Positions 26,030 through 34,818 of a DNA stretch of 41,412 nucleotides are shown one piece after another (position 1 is the stretch's first letter; every line of letters starts with the position of its first letter). Under the pieces are notes generated by a model. The model did no database searches, was not told the origin of the DNA, and was given only the letters and a program-made list of their open reading frames with translations. The position numbers and the translations under genes are program-made. The DNA is from Alteromonas naphthalenivorans (GTDB lineage: Bacteria; Babelota; Babeliae; Babelales; CAIQNR01), in NCBI GenBank assembly GCA_047631715.1, contig JBLICC010000002.1, forward strand, positions 1 through 41,412, given 5' to 3'.

Positions 26030-27637
26030 TTAAAGTGTTGCTTGAATAAATGCCGTAAATAGTGGATGTGGATTGTCTGGGCGGGATAAGAACTCGGGAT
26101 GGAACTGACTTGCAACCATAAATGGATGGTCTTTAAGCTCAACAATCTCTACCAAAGAACCATCTGGAGATTCACCAGAAATAATTAATCCTGCTTTTTT
26201 AAGCTCATCTCGATACGTATTATTAAATTCTAGCCTATGTCTATGGCGCTCTTGAATAATATCATCAGTATTTTTAATATCATAAGCCCACGCAGCTTTT
26301 GTACCGGGAACAAGTTTACACGGATACACACCCAAACGCATGGTACCGCCTTTATTAGTTATATTCTTTTGATCATCCATAAGTGCAACTACAGGAAACT
26401 TGGCCTGCTCATCAAACTCAAACGATGTTGCATCTTCATTAATATGCTCACGAGCAAACTCTATACACATCACTTGCATACCCAAACACAATCCCAGATA
26501 GGGCTTTTTGTTTTTACGTGCCCATCGCGCTGCAAGTATTTTACCTTCAATTCCACGGTTGCCAAATCCACCTGGAACAACAATGCCATCGCATACCGAA
26601 AGCACTGCATCAACGGTATCTTGTGTAAGCTCTTCTGAGTTAATCCACGCAATTTCAACATCACAGGTATGAGCATATCCTGCATGACGCAATGCTTCTA
26701 CTACCGAAATATAAGCATCATGTAACTGCGTATATTTACCCACCAAACCAATAGTAACTTTTTTAGTTGCTTTCATTTCTATATTATCTATAAGCGTTCC
26801 CCAGCTTGACCAATCCGGAGTAGCTGCTTGTAATTTAAGCGATAAACGTTTCTCTAAAAATGTACCTACTCCTTGCTCTTCCAATATCAACGGTACTTTA
26901 TAGGTTACTTTTTCGGTAACCACAGACAATACTTGATCTGCAGGAATATTAGAAAAACGAGCAATCTTTTCGCACAAAGAACGTGCTACTGGATAATCTG
27001 CACGTGCCACTACGATATCAGGAATGATACCTATCGATCGCAATTCTCGCAATGAATGTTGAGACGGCTTTGTTTTAAGTTCTCCCGTTACACCCATATG
27101 TACAAGCCATGCAACATGCACAAATGCAGTGTTATCTGCACCTTCTTCGTATTGCATTTGGCGTAATGCTTCAAAAAATGGTCCTGCTTCTAGATCTCCT
27201 ACTGTGCCGCCTACTTCAACAATTAAAACATCGGCCTTTGTATCTTCTGCTGCTTGCTTGATAGCGTCTTTAATACCTTGAGTAATATGAGGAATAACCT
27301 GAATAGTTCCCCCAAGATAATCACCCTTCCGTTCACGATCAATTACTTTTGCATAAATTTGGCCTGCTGAAACACTACAAGAACGTTGTAAATTAATATT
27401 TAAAAATCGTTCATAATGCCCAAGATCTAAATCTGTCTCTGCTCCATCTTCGGTTACAAAAACTTCTCCGTGTTGATAGGGAGACATTGTTCCAGGATCA
27501 ACATTAATATAAGGGTCAAGCTTTTGAATTCCAATAGCAATGCCACGTTCTTTTAAAATTTTACCAATTGATGCGGCAATAACTCCCTTACCCACAGAAC
27601 TCAATACGCCACCTGTTACAAAAATATATTTTGCCAT
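26030..27637 (-). CDS. pyrG: CTP synthase
   Basis: 535 aa. N-terminal synthetase start MAKYIFVTGGVLSSVGKG and a C-terminal glutamine amidotransferase domain with GLCLGMQ and HRHRLEFN. Confidence 0.95.
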   Translation of the reverse strand: MAKYIFVTGGVLSSVGKGVIAASIGKILKERGIAIGIQKLDPYINVDPGTMSPYQHGEVFVTEDGAETDLDLGHYERFLNINLQRSCSVSAGQIYAKVIDRERKGDYLGGTIQVIPHITQGIKDAIKQAAEDTKADVLIVEVGGTVGDLEAGPFFEALRQMQYEEGADNTAFVHVAWLVHMGVTGELKTKPSQHSLRELRSIGIIPDIVVARADYPVARSLCEKIARFSNIPADQVLSVVTEKVTYKVPLILEEQGVGTFLEKRLSLKLQAATPDWSSWGTLIDNIEMKATKKVTIGLVGKYTQLHDAYISVVEALRHAGYAHTCDVEIAWINSEELTQDTVDAVLSVCDGIVVPGGFGNRGIEGKILAARWARKNKKPYLGLCLGMQVMCIEFAREHINEDATSFEFDEQAKFPVVALMDDQKNITNKGGTMRLGVYPCKLVPGTKAAWAYDIKNTDDIIQERHRHRLEFNNTYRDELKKAGLIISGESPDGSLVEIVELKDHPFMVASQFHPEFLSRPDNPHPLFTAFIQATL

Positions 27638-27794
27638 GTTACTCCCTAGTGAAATTTTTTTATTTATTTTAGCCTAAAAAATTTAATATTTATACTATTT
27701 TTATTAACATTTTATTGCATTGACTCTCTGGGATAGAATACTATCGAAAAAGATATGGAAATAATGATTCTTCTTCTTAAAAGAAAGGTAGAAA

Positions 27795-28076
27795 ATGAAG
27801 AAACTCATGATGGCCCTTGCGATGGTTGCGGTTTTGGTACTTCCAGGTTGCTGCTGCAAAAATAAAGCTCCAAAAGCAAAAGCATCTACACACAAAGTTA
27901 CACATAGTGCAAAACCTGCACATAAGGTAAAGAAGGATGATTCAAAGAAACACCACGACAAGAAAAAGCATGATGCAAAAAAGAAGCATGATGCAAAAAA
28001 GAAGCATGATGCAAAGAAAAAGAAAGCTAAACATGCACATGTAGCAATGGACAACGCTGAAGAACTGTTTGCATAA
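27795..28076 (+). CDS. Small His/Lys-rich lipoprotein with HDAKKK repeats
   Basis: 93 aa. Lipobox LVLPGC after a hydrophobic leader, (KKHDAK)x3, and an RBS-like AAAGGTAGAAA upstream. A hairpin terminator follows. I prefer it to the antisense ORF 27704..28054, whose product is FFFASC low-complexity mirror sequence. Confidence 0.6.
   Translation: MKKLMMALAMVAVLVLPGCCCKNKAPKAKASTHKVTHSAKPAHKVKKDDSKKHHDKKKHDAKKKHDAKKKHDAKKKKAKHAHVAMDNAEELFA
27968..28021. repeat. 3 x 18-bp tandem repeat inside the His/Lys-rich lipoprotein gene
   Basis: GCATGATGCAAAAAAGAA occurs twice exactly, followed by GCATGATGCAAAGAAAAA. It encodes the HDAKKK units. Confidence 0.85.
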
Positions 28077-28100
28077 ACAGCTTCTATAAGATGTTAAAAT

Positions 28101-28125
28101 AGCCATCCTTCGGGGTGGCTTTTTT
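28101..28125 (+). terminator. Intrinsic terminator after the His/Lys-rich lipoprotein gene
   Basis: AGCCATCCttcgGGGTGGCT followed by TTTTT. The T-run abuts the convergent cmk stop codon. Confidence 0.65.
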
Positions 28126-28798
28126 AGTTTTTAATATGTTTTAGAATTGCTTGAACCGATTCTTTGAGCGTCAAATTAGAATTATCTATAGTAATTGCCT
28201 TATCAGGAACTACTAGTGGAGAATGCGCACGATTTTTATCTTGTAAATCTCGTTGCTCTACACGATCCATAGATTGCTCTAAAGAATATGTATTACCCTT
28301 TTTTTCTTGATATGCTTGCCAACGTATAGCCCGAACTTTAAGGGATGCTGTTAAGTAAAATTTATAATCAGCATCAGGAAACACAACCGATCCAACATCT
28401 CGTCCTTCAACAACCACATCATGCGTGTGAGCAATCGCTCGTTGCAAATTTGATAATGCTTCTCGCACAGACGCTTGAGGACTAATTAAAGATACATATT
28501 GGTCGATTACAGGATCTTTTAAAAAATCTGTAATATCTTTATTGTCATACACAATAGAAGGTCCATTAGATGAACTATACAAATAAAAAAAACGTGTAGC
28601 ATCTGTGCATGCAACAAGATCGTCATTTTGAACTGACGTTAAAGTTTGCTTTGTGTAATCATATTGATGCATTAATAAATAGGTAACTGCACGATACAAC
28701 AAACCCGTATTTAAATAATAAAAAGTAAGATTTTCTGCAGTCATACGCGAAATAGTAGATTTACCACTTGCAGCAGGACCATCGATTGTTATAATCAT
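28124..28798 (-). CDS. cmk: Cytidylate kinase
   Basis: 224 aa. P-loop IDGPAASGKST and the overall CMP-kinase layout (NTGLLYRA, VVEGRDVGSVVFPDA). The ATG overlaps the recJ stop (ATGA). Confidence 0.85.
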   Translation of the reverse strand: MIITIDGPAASGKSTISRMTAENLTFYYLNTGLLYRAVTYLLMHQYDYTKQTLTSVQNDDLVACTDATRFFYLYSSSNGPSIVYDNKDITDFLKDPVIDQYVSLISPQASVREALSNLQRAIAHTHDVVVEGRDVGSVVFPDADYKFYLTASLKVRAIRWQAYQEKKGNTYSLEQSMDRVEQRDLQDKNRAHSPLVVPDKAITIDNSNLTLKESVQAILKHIKN

Positions 28799-30531
28799 GC
28801 GTTCTCCTTCGTATTAGCAACATCCATACCCATTAATTCTACTTGAGAACGTCCTTGCCAATGATTTTCTGTTATCTGCACAGCAAGATCAAAAGGCTCT
28901 TGTTCTTGTGCATTAAATATCTCAAACAGCTCTGGTCTGTTAAAAAAGATAACCGGCTTTATAACCCCTTCTGCAAAAACCATACATTTTACATGTAATA
29001 ATTTGAGCAACTGCGGCTTTTGTACCAGCGAAACATTTTGTAAATAAAATACCGGCTGTGCATTTTTTGCACCAAATGGCTCTAAATATTCCATATCTCT
29101 AACAAGCTTAGCCCCAACATCGGGCAACGTAATTGCAGCGTCGCAGAGTAATTTTTGCTGTAAATCCGATTCCGTTAAGATACGATCTGCTCGATCTTCG
29201 AGCGACTGCTTTAAGTCTTGTAATTTATCTTGATCCAGCGCTAGCCCTGCAGCCATGGCATGCCCACCAAACTGATCGAGTAATTCAGAATTTTCTACAA
29301 GCGCTTCAAACATATTAAATGCTTCGATAGTTCTGCACGACCCTTTTGCTTTGCCTTTGTCTGTTAAATGAAAAAGTAAGACTGGTCGACCATATTTACC
29401 CACAAGCCTCGAAGCAACAAGACCGATTACACCGGGAGGCCATTTTTTTCCACCAGCAAGAATGATTTTTTCTTTTGTCAGGTCGATGGTGCCATTTTCT
29501 ATTAACGTTTCCACATCTTCGAATATGGTACGTTCTATCTGTTTTCTAGCCTCGTTGAGTTGATACAAAACAGATCCAATGTGCCGAGCTTCTTTTTCGT
29601 CCGCTCCCAATAAGAAAGCTACACCTTGGCGAGGATCTTCTAGGCGGCCAAGTGCATTAATCTGTGGAGCAATTCTAAAACCTACATCTAACGATGAAAG
29701 CTTAGGACGCGTACATTTACCATTTTCTTTTAGCACTCTTAACGACAAACTATCTTTGGTATTTGCCCATTGCAAACCATAACGTACCCAAAATCTATTC
29801 TCTCCAAGAAGCGGTACCACATCGGCAACCGTACCCAACAATAAAAGCTCATAGGCTTTTTCTGGTAATTTTTTATTTAATTTTTCATACAGCAATGCAA
29901 GAATTTTAAACGTTACCCCTACACCAGCAAACTCTTTAAAGGGATAGTTGCAATCTTTTTGATGCGGATTAACAATTGCATAGGCATCTGGCAATTCACC
30001 ATGCGGTTGATGATGATCGGTAATTATTAAATCGATACCACGTTCTTTTGCTACTTTTGCTTGCTCAAATGCAGTTGTTCCGTTATCAACAGTAATCACA
30101 ACTTTGTAATTATTGTCAGCAGCACGCTTTACAACTTTAGTAGAAAGACCATACCCATCTTTTACACGATGTGGTAAATAAAAATTAACATCTGCACCAA
30201 GAGGTGTAAGTGCTGTCATCATCAATGCAGATGACGTTATTCCGTCAACATCGTAATCACCAAATACTAATATTTTTTCTTTATTTTCTATAGCTTTTAA
30301 AATACGATTAACTGCTTTTTCTGCATCTTTCATAAGAGTTGCAGAAGAAACATCTTTTTGCTCCGAACTAAACAAATAATCTTCTATAGCATCTTTAGTT
30401 ATATACCCACGAGAGTGTAATATTTGAGACAGTGGAATCGAAAGACTAAACTGAGAAGCAATTTCGAGCACTTTTTGTGTGTCTGTCTCTGGAAGTTTCC
30501 ATATATATTTTATGCCCGAAACTGTTTGCAT
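28795..30531 (-). CDS. recJ: Single-stranded-DNA-specific exonuclease RecJ
   Basis: 578 aa. DHH motifs (VFGDYDVDGITS, TVDNGT, ITDHHQP), DHHA1 (GGHAMAAG) and a C-terminal OB-like region. Confidence 0.9.
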   Translation of the reverse strand: MQTVSGIKYIWKLPETDTQKVLEIASQFSLSIPLSQILHSRGYITKDAIEDYLFSSEQKDVSSATLMKDAEKAVNRILKAIENKEKILVFGDYDVDGITSSALMMTALTPLGADVNFYLPHRVKDGYGLSTKVVKRAADNNYKVVITVDNGTTAFEQAKVAKERGIDLIITDHHQPHGELPDAYAIVNPHQKDCNYPFKEFAGVGVTFKILALLYEKLNKKLPEKAYELLLLGTVADVVPLLGENRFWVRYGLQWANTKDSLSLRVLKENGKCTRPKLSSLDVGFRIAPQINALGRLEDPRQGVAFLLGADEKEARHIGSVLYQLNEARKQIERTIFEDVETLIENGTIDLTKEKIILAGGKKWPPGVIGLVASRLVGKYGRPVLLFHLTDKGKAKGSCRTIEAFNMFEALVENSELLDQFGGHAMAAGLALDQDKLQDLKQSLEDRADRILTESDLQQKLLCDAAITLPDVGAKLVRDMEYLEPFGAKNAQPVFYLQNVSLVQKPQLLKLLHVKCMVFAEGVIKPVIFFNRPELFEIFNAQEQEPFDLAVQITENHWQGRSQVELMGMDVANTKENA

Positions 30532-30545
30532 ATTTTCTTTCTATT

Positions 30546-30586
30546 GATCCCTCGATACAACCACCTTTGGTGCCCACTCGGGATGA
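30546..30586. repeat. Palindromic repeat family copy (reverse orientation, divergent central hairpin)
   Basis: GATCCCTCGATACAACCACCTTTGGTGCCCACTCGGGATGA. Both arms are conserved and the centre is replaced by a CACC-TTT-GGTG hairpin. Confidence 0.75.
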
Positions 30587-30627
30587 ACAAATTTAATTTT
30601 ATCTTCTTTAAAAACAAAGTATAAAGC

Positions 30628-30668
30628 TCATCCCGAGTGATTCCGTTAGGAATTGTATCGAGGGAACC
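30628..30668. repeat. Palindromic repeat family copy (forward orientation)
   Basis: CTCATCCCGAGTGATTCCGTTAGGAATTGTATCGAGGGAACC. It ends exactly at the stop codon of the DJ-1/PfpI gene and forms an inverted pair with 30546..30586. Confidence 0.85.
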
Positions 30669-31184
30669 TTAATTTAAAATACTAACTATCGCTTTACCAA
30701 AATCAGCTGCAGCATCAGGACCATTAGCCGTAACTACATTATCATCGACAACTACATGTTCATCTACAAACGTTACGCTATGTGTATCAAATAAAGATTG
30801 TAATTTTTCATCATGATTCCAACCTGTAGCCTTTTTACCTTGCAATAACTCTGCTTGTGCAAGAATTCTCGGAGAGATACAAATGGCACCATATGGTTTA
30901 CCAAGTGTAAAAAACTCAGTTAATAATTTATGCATCAATGGAGTATTAAGATAATCTACAGCTCCAAAACCACCTACTAAAAATATACCATCATATTCAC
31001 GTGGATGAACCCCATCGATAGTAACATCAACATCAACTTTATTACCATCATGTCCGATTGCTTGCCCCGGTTTATCCGAAGCCGTAACAACCTGAATATC
31101 TGCAGCTTCTAATTCTTCTCGTGTAGCAAGATACTCATGCTCTTGAAAATTCTGACTTGCCACAACTAATAAAACTTGTTTCAT
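30669..31184 (-). CDS. DJ-1/PfpI family protein
   Basis: 171 aa. Type-1 glutamine amidotransferase-like fold pattern: MKQVLLVVAS...EY, GIFLVGGFG, and the nucleophile-elbow Cys in YGAICISPRIL. Confidence 0.8.
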   Translation of the reverse strand: MKQVLLVVASQNFQEHEYLATREELEAADIQVVTASDKPGQAIGHDGNKVDVDVTIDGVHPREYDGIFLVGGFGAVDYLNTPLMHKLLTEFFTLGKPYGAICISPRILAQAELLQGKKATGWNHDEKLQSLFDTHSVTFVDEHVVVDDNVVTANGPDAAADFGKAIVSILN

Positions 31185-31274
31185 AAAAAATTCTCCCTCT
31201 AGACTTATAATTGCATCTAGAGAGAGAATATCATCTTTATAGAAAGTATCAAAATGTTACTGAATAGGTAATCT

Positions 31275-33134
31275 CTAAGAACGCTTTGCTATAGTTAAAA
31301 GTGCTTTTTCAATCGCTGGTATTGCAGACTGAGCAATTGCTTTTCCAAGCGCAGAAAGACCATCAACATTTTTAGGAGAATAATCAAAGTTAGCTGTTTT
31401 GCATTCTCCTTTAAAACATTCCTTAAGACTAAAGCCCTTTGGACCTTTTCCTTTTGGATAATCAAGAAGAGAAAGATTAATAATAATTGGACCCTGTTGG
31501 CCTTTAGAATATTCATCAAATACAGTTACCCACTGTGATTTACGTTGTTGATACTTAGGAGATTTTTTGATAATAGGAAAAGGAATATTTCTATTATTAG
31601 CCAATTCTTCTGCTTTTACAAGAGCATCTGAACCCTCTATAATATTATTCGACAAATCAAATGCAATAATAATATCAACATTGCGATCTTTCTTAAGTAA
31701 TGGTAAAAATGGCAAATTACCAGCAAGACCAGCATCTGCAACGGTCCAATAACTTTGATTAGCAGGAATTACAGGATTTGGTTTAACCGCATAATTCGGT
31801 AATTCTGCAGGAAAAACACGAGTATTTTTACCAGGCAAGAAAACTTTAAAAGGAGCACTCCCTAATACCACAAAACTATAAATTTTTGCGGCTAAACCTT
31901 TTACACCAGAAGCATTCTTTTGAAAATCAAAAAACATACGCATACCATCTGCTGCTGATGCATTAAATGCAGATCCAAAAATACCCATAAAGGTTCCTGC
32001 TTCTAATTCAGGAGCAAAATTCTTACTTTCAAAATATGTATGCTTTTTGAACGACGATCCCCCTTTACCGATAAAAGTTCTTCCTGATGCCCAAGTTGGA
32101 ACATATGCTCCTGTTAAAGTCTTCTTATCATAATAATCAAACCCAATTTCATAAGGGGTGACTTCTGCCCAAAGATAAGGGGTTAACTTTGTTTTTTGAG
32201 CCTTAGCCTTAGAGGAAGAAAGAGGCGAAACCATAGTTCCAATAGGCATAGGAAAGGTAGAACAATTACTTTGCTCTATATAATTCTTTGTTTGCGAAAT
32301 AAGCATTTGTTGACGAGACTGAAAAGGGAAATTTGTATCTTTTGGATACTTTTTACGAATCTCCAAATCATCAAAAGCAGCAAATACTGTATGTGCAACT
32401 CTTGCCCCATAGATAGTCGGCAAACTTATTGGAACATTAAACAAAAAAGAACGTGTAATATTATCGTTAACTAATTGTGACTCATGAGGAGCATATTTAA
32501 ATTTCTTTTTAGATAGTTTTGATAAAGATCCTGCATATCTTTTATATCCATCCTTAATTGCCTCAACAGGAGCCCCTAGTGCTCGAGGAAAAGTAAACCA
32601 TGTAGACCCAGAAAGACAGCTTGCATAAGTAACACAATCTATAAATTTATTATCAGTAAAACCTTCATACATACCAAGCGTTCCAATCATTGCACGGTAT
32701 CCACCACCACTTGCACAAATTGCAATAGTTGGAGCTTTTTCACCCAATGCATCCGCTACTTTTTTTCCAAAGACTTGACCTAAAGATTTTTGCACATGAA
32801 CTAAACGCTTTTTTTGAAATTGCACTTCTTGATCACATAAACTTGCAGATGAACGAAGCCGTGCAACAGTTTTATTATTTTTTTTAACCTGGGTTTTTAC
32901 TATTAGATCTGTAGTTAGAGGAAAATTGTCAAAAAGTTTTTTTCTAATCTTCCTACAAGGCTTCACCAAACAATAGCCTTTCCTGAACTGACTTAATACT
33001 GAATGTAATTTAGTTGTAAATGTTGAGTGAGTGAAGCCCTGCACTGTATCAACGAATGAACTACCAGAAGTCAATTTTCCATGAAGCGTAATCATTGAAA
33101 AACACAAGATACCCATAACTATACTTTTCTTCAT
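31275..33134 (-). CDS. Exported eukaryote-type cytosolic phospholipase A2 / lysophospholipase family (PLA2_B catalytic domain) protein
   Basis: 619 aa with an N-terminal hydrophobic leader (MKKSIVMGILCFSMITLHG). The catalytic motifs match cPLA2-alpha closely. ICASGGGYRAMIGTLG matches GSGGGFRAM (oxyanion/Arg). DCVTYASCLSGSTWF matches DCATYVAGLSGSTWY (Ser nucleophile). VADAGLAGNLPFLPLLKKDRNVDIIIAFDLS matches VDSGLTFNLPYPLILRPQRGVDLIISFDFS (catalytic Asp). No C2 domain is present. Confidence 0.85.
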   Translation of the reverse strand: MKKSIVMGILCFSMITLHGKLTSGSSFVDTVQGFTHSTFTTKLHSVLSQFRKGYCLVKPCRKIRKKLFDNFPLTTDLIVKTQVKKNNKTVARLRSSASLCDQEVQFQKKRLVHVQKSLGQVFGKKVADALGEKAPTIAICASGGGYRAMIGTLGMYEGFTDNKFIDCVTYASCLSGSTWFTFPRALGAPVEAIKDGYKRYAGSLSKLSKKKFKYAPHESQLVNDNITRSFLFNVPISLPTIYGARVAHTVFAAFDDLEIRKKYPKDTNFPFQSRQQMLISQTKNYIEQSNCSTFPMPIGTMVSPLSSSKAKAQKTKLTPYLWAEVTPYEIGFDYYDKKTLTGAYVPTWASGRTFIGKGGSSFKKHTYFESKNFAPELEAGTFMGIFGSAFNASAADGMRMFFDFQKNASGVKGLAAKIYSFVVLGSAPFKVFLPGKNTRVFPAELPNYAVKPNPVIPANQSYWTVADAGLAGNLPFLPLLKKDRNVDIIIAFDLSNNIIEGSDALVKAEELANNRNIPFPIIKKSPKYQQRKSQWVTVFDEYSKGQQGPIIINLSLLDYPKGKGPKGFSLKECFKGECKTANFDYSPKNVDGLSALGKAIAQSAIPAIEKALLTIAKRS

Positions 33135-33226
33135 TCCATTCCTCTTTTTTTGTTATTCTCTTATAAAAAATCAAAATAACACAAAAAAGGAATGAACTAA
33201 AAGAATCTAAAGTTAAATATCCTCAA

Positions 33227-34735
33227 TCAGTCTTTTTTCTTAAGTGTTGGAAATAAGATAACGTCTTTAATAGAAGTCGTATTGGTTAAAATCATGGCGA
33301 GACGATCGATACCAATGCCACAGCCAACTGTTGGAGGCAATCCGTATTCAAGCGCACGAACATAATCAGCATCAAAATGCATAGCTTCGTTATCACCTGC
33401 TGCATGCGTAGCTGCTTGTTCTTTAAAACGCTCTTCTTGATCAAACGGTTCGTTTAACTCATTAAAGCAGTTAGAAAGTTCCATGCCACCCATAAACAGT
33501 TCAAATCTTGATACAAAATTTGGGTTGTTAACATCACGTTTAGAAAGTGGAGAAACTTCTACCGGAAAGTTAGTAATATATGTTGGTTGAATCAATTGAG
33601 TTTCTGCAACTTCTTCGAACAACAAAAATAACTTCTGCCCATAAGATGCATCTTTAACTTGAAGCTTTACTCCATGTTTTTTTATTTCAGCATCAATCTT
33701 ATCGATAGAAATATCATCTTCTTTGTAGTTACCATGTTTAAGCACAGCTTGCTTAATACTCATACGATCAAAAGCTTTACCAAAATCAAGCGTGTGTTCA
33801 CCAAACGGAATTTGATCAATGCCACACGATTCTTTAACCACTTTTTTGAGCATATCTTCTACAAAGTTCATCATAAAATTATAGTCTTGATGAGCCATGT
33901 AGAATTCGAGCATAGTAAACTCTGGATTGTGACGTGTAGAAATACCTTCGTTTCTAAAACTACGGTTAATCTCATACACACGTTCAAAACCACCTACTAC
34001 CAAACGCTTTAAGTACAGCTCTGGAGCAATTCTCAAATAAAGATCTGAGTGCAATGCATTATGATGCGTTACAAAGGGACGAGCAACCGCACCACCCGGA
34101 ATAGAATGAAGCATCGGTGTTTCTACTTCCATAAACTCATGGTCTTCAAGATAATGACGTAATCCACTAATAAGCTTTGAACGAACTACAAATTTGTTAC
34201 GACTTTCTTCGTTAGAAATTAAGTCGAGATAGCGCTGACGATATCTAATTTCTACATCAGCAATGCCATGAAATTTTTCTGGTAGTGGATGTAAGCATTT
34301 AGAAAGCAGTGTAGCTTCTGTTGCTTTTAACGTAATTTCACCCGTTCTAGTTTTGAATACTGCTCCCTTAACCCACACAATGTCACCTAAATCTACATTA
34401 TGCTGTAAAAGATCAAACGTTTGTTCGCCAATCACATCTTTCTTAAAATATACTTGTAACTGGCCAGCTCTATCTTGCAACTTTGCAAAGGCGCTTTTAC
34501 CATGCCAACGCAATGCTACAATTCTGCCTGCAACAGTATATTCTTGGTCTGAATCTTCTTTAAATTCATCAAGAACCTGTTTAGAAGTGCTAGAAACTTC
34601 TTTAAATTCAGGCCATGGCTCTATGCCCTGGTCGCGTAATTTTTTAACTTTATCAACCCGAATATGATGCTCTTCTGATGCATCTGGGTTAATGGTATGT
34701 GTATCTTCTACGTTTAGGTTTTTTTCTTTGGTCAT
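33227..34735 (-). CDS. lysS: Lysine--tRNA ligase, class II
   Basis: 502 aa. N-terminal OB anticodon-binding domain (VAGRIVALRWHGKSAFAKLQDRAGQLQVY) and class II motifs (FRNEGISTRHNPEFTMLE, GCGIGIDRLAMIL). Confidence 0.95.
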   Translation of the reverse strand: MTKEKNLNVEDTHTINPDASEEHHIRVDKVKKLRDQGIEPWPEFKEVSSTSKQVLDEFKEDSDQEYTVAGRIVALRWHGKSAFAKLQDRAGQLQVYFKKDVIGEQTFDLLQHNVDLGDIVWVKGAVFKTRTGEITLKATEATLLSKCLHPLPEKFHGIADVEIRYRQRYLDLISNEESRNKFVVRSKLISGLRHYLEDHEFMEVETPMLHSIPGGAVARPFVTHHNALHSDLYLRIAPELYLKRLVVGGFERVYEINRSFRNEGISTRHNPEFTMLEFYMAHQDYNFMMNFVEDMLKKVVKESCGIDQIPFGEHTLDFGKAFDRMSIKQAVLKHGNYKEDDISIDKIDAEIKKHGVKLQVKDASYGQKLFLLFEEVAETQLIQPTYITNFPVEVSPLSKRDVNNPNFVSRFELFMGGMELSNCFNELNEPFDQEERFKEQAATHAAGDNEAMHFDADYVRALEYGLPPTVGCGIGIDRLAMILTNTTSIKDVILFPTLKKKD

Positions 34736-34818
34736 CGGGAGTATACCCTATAGCTACGATTATTTTTATCATCATTAAGCTATCAGTATACTCTCTCCAA
34801 TGTTTTTTACCAAATCAC

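Noticed and set aside
27704-28054. 116-aa minus-strand ORF (FFFASCFFFASC...) overlapping the His/Lys-rich lipoprotein gene
   Set aside because: It is the antisense mirror of the AAG/AAA-rich 18-bp repeat. It has no RBS, no signal sequence and no plausible fold. The plus-strand frame has a lipobox leader, an RBS-like sequence and a terminator.
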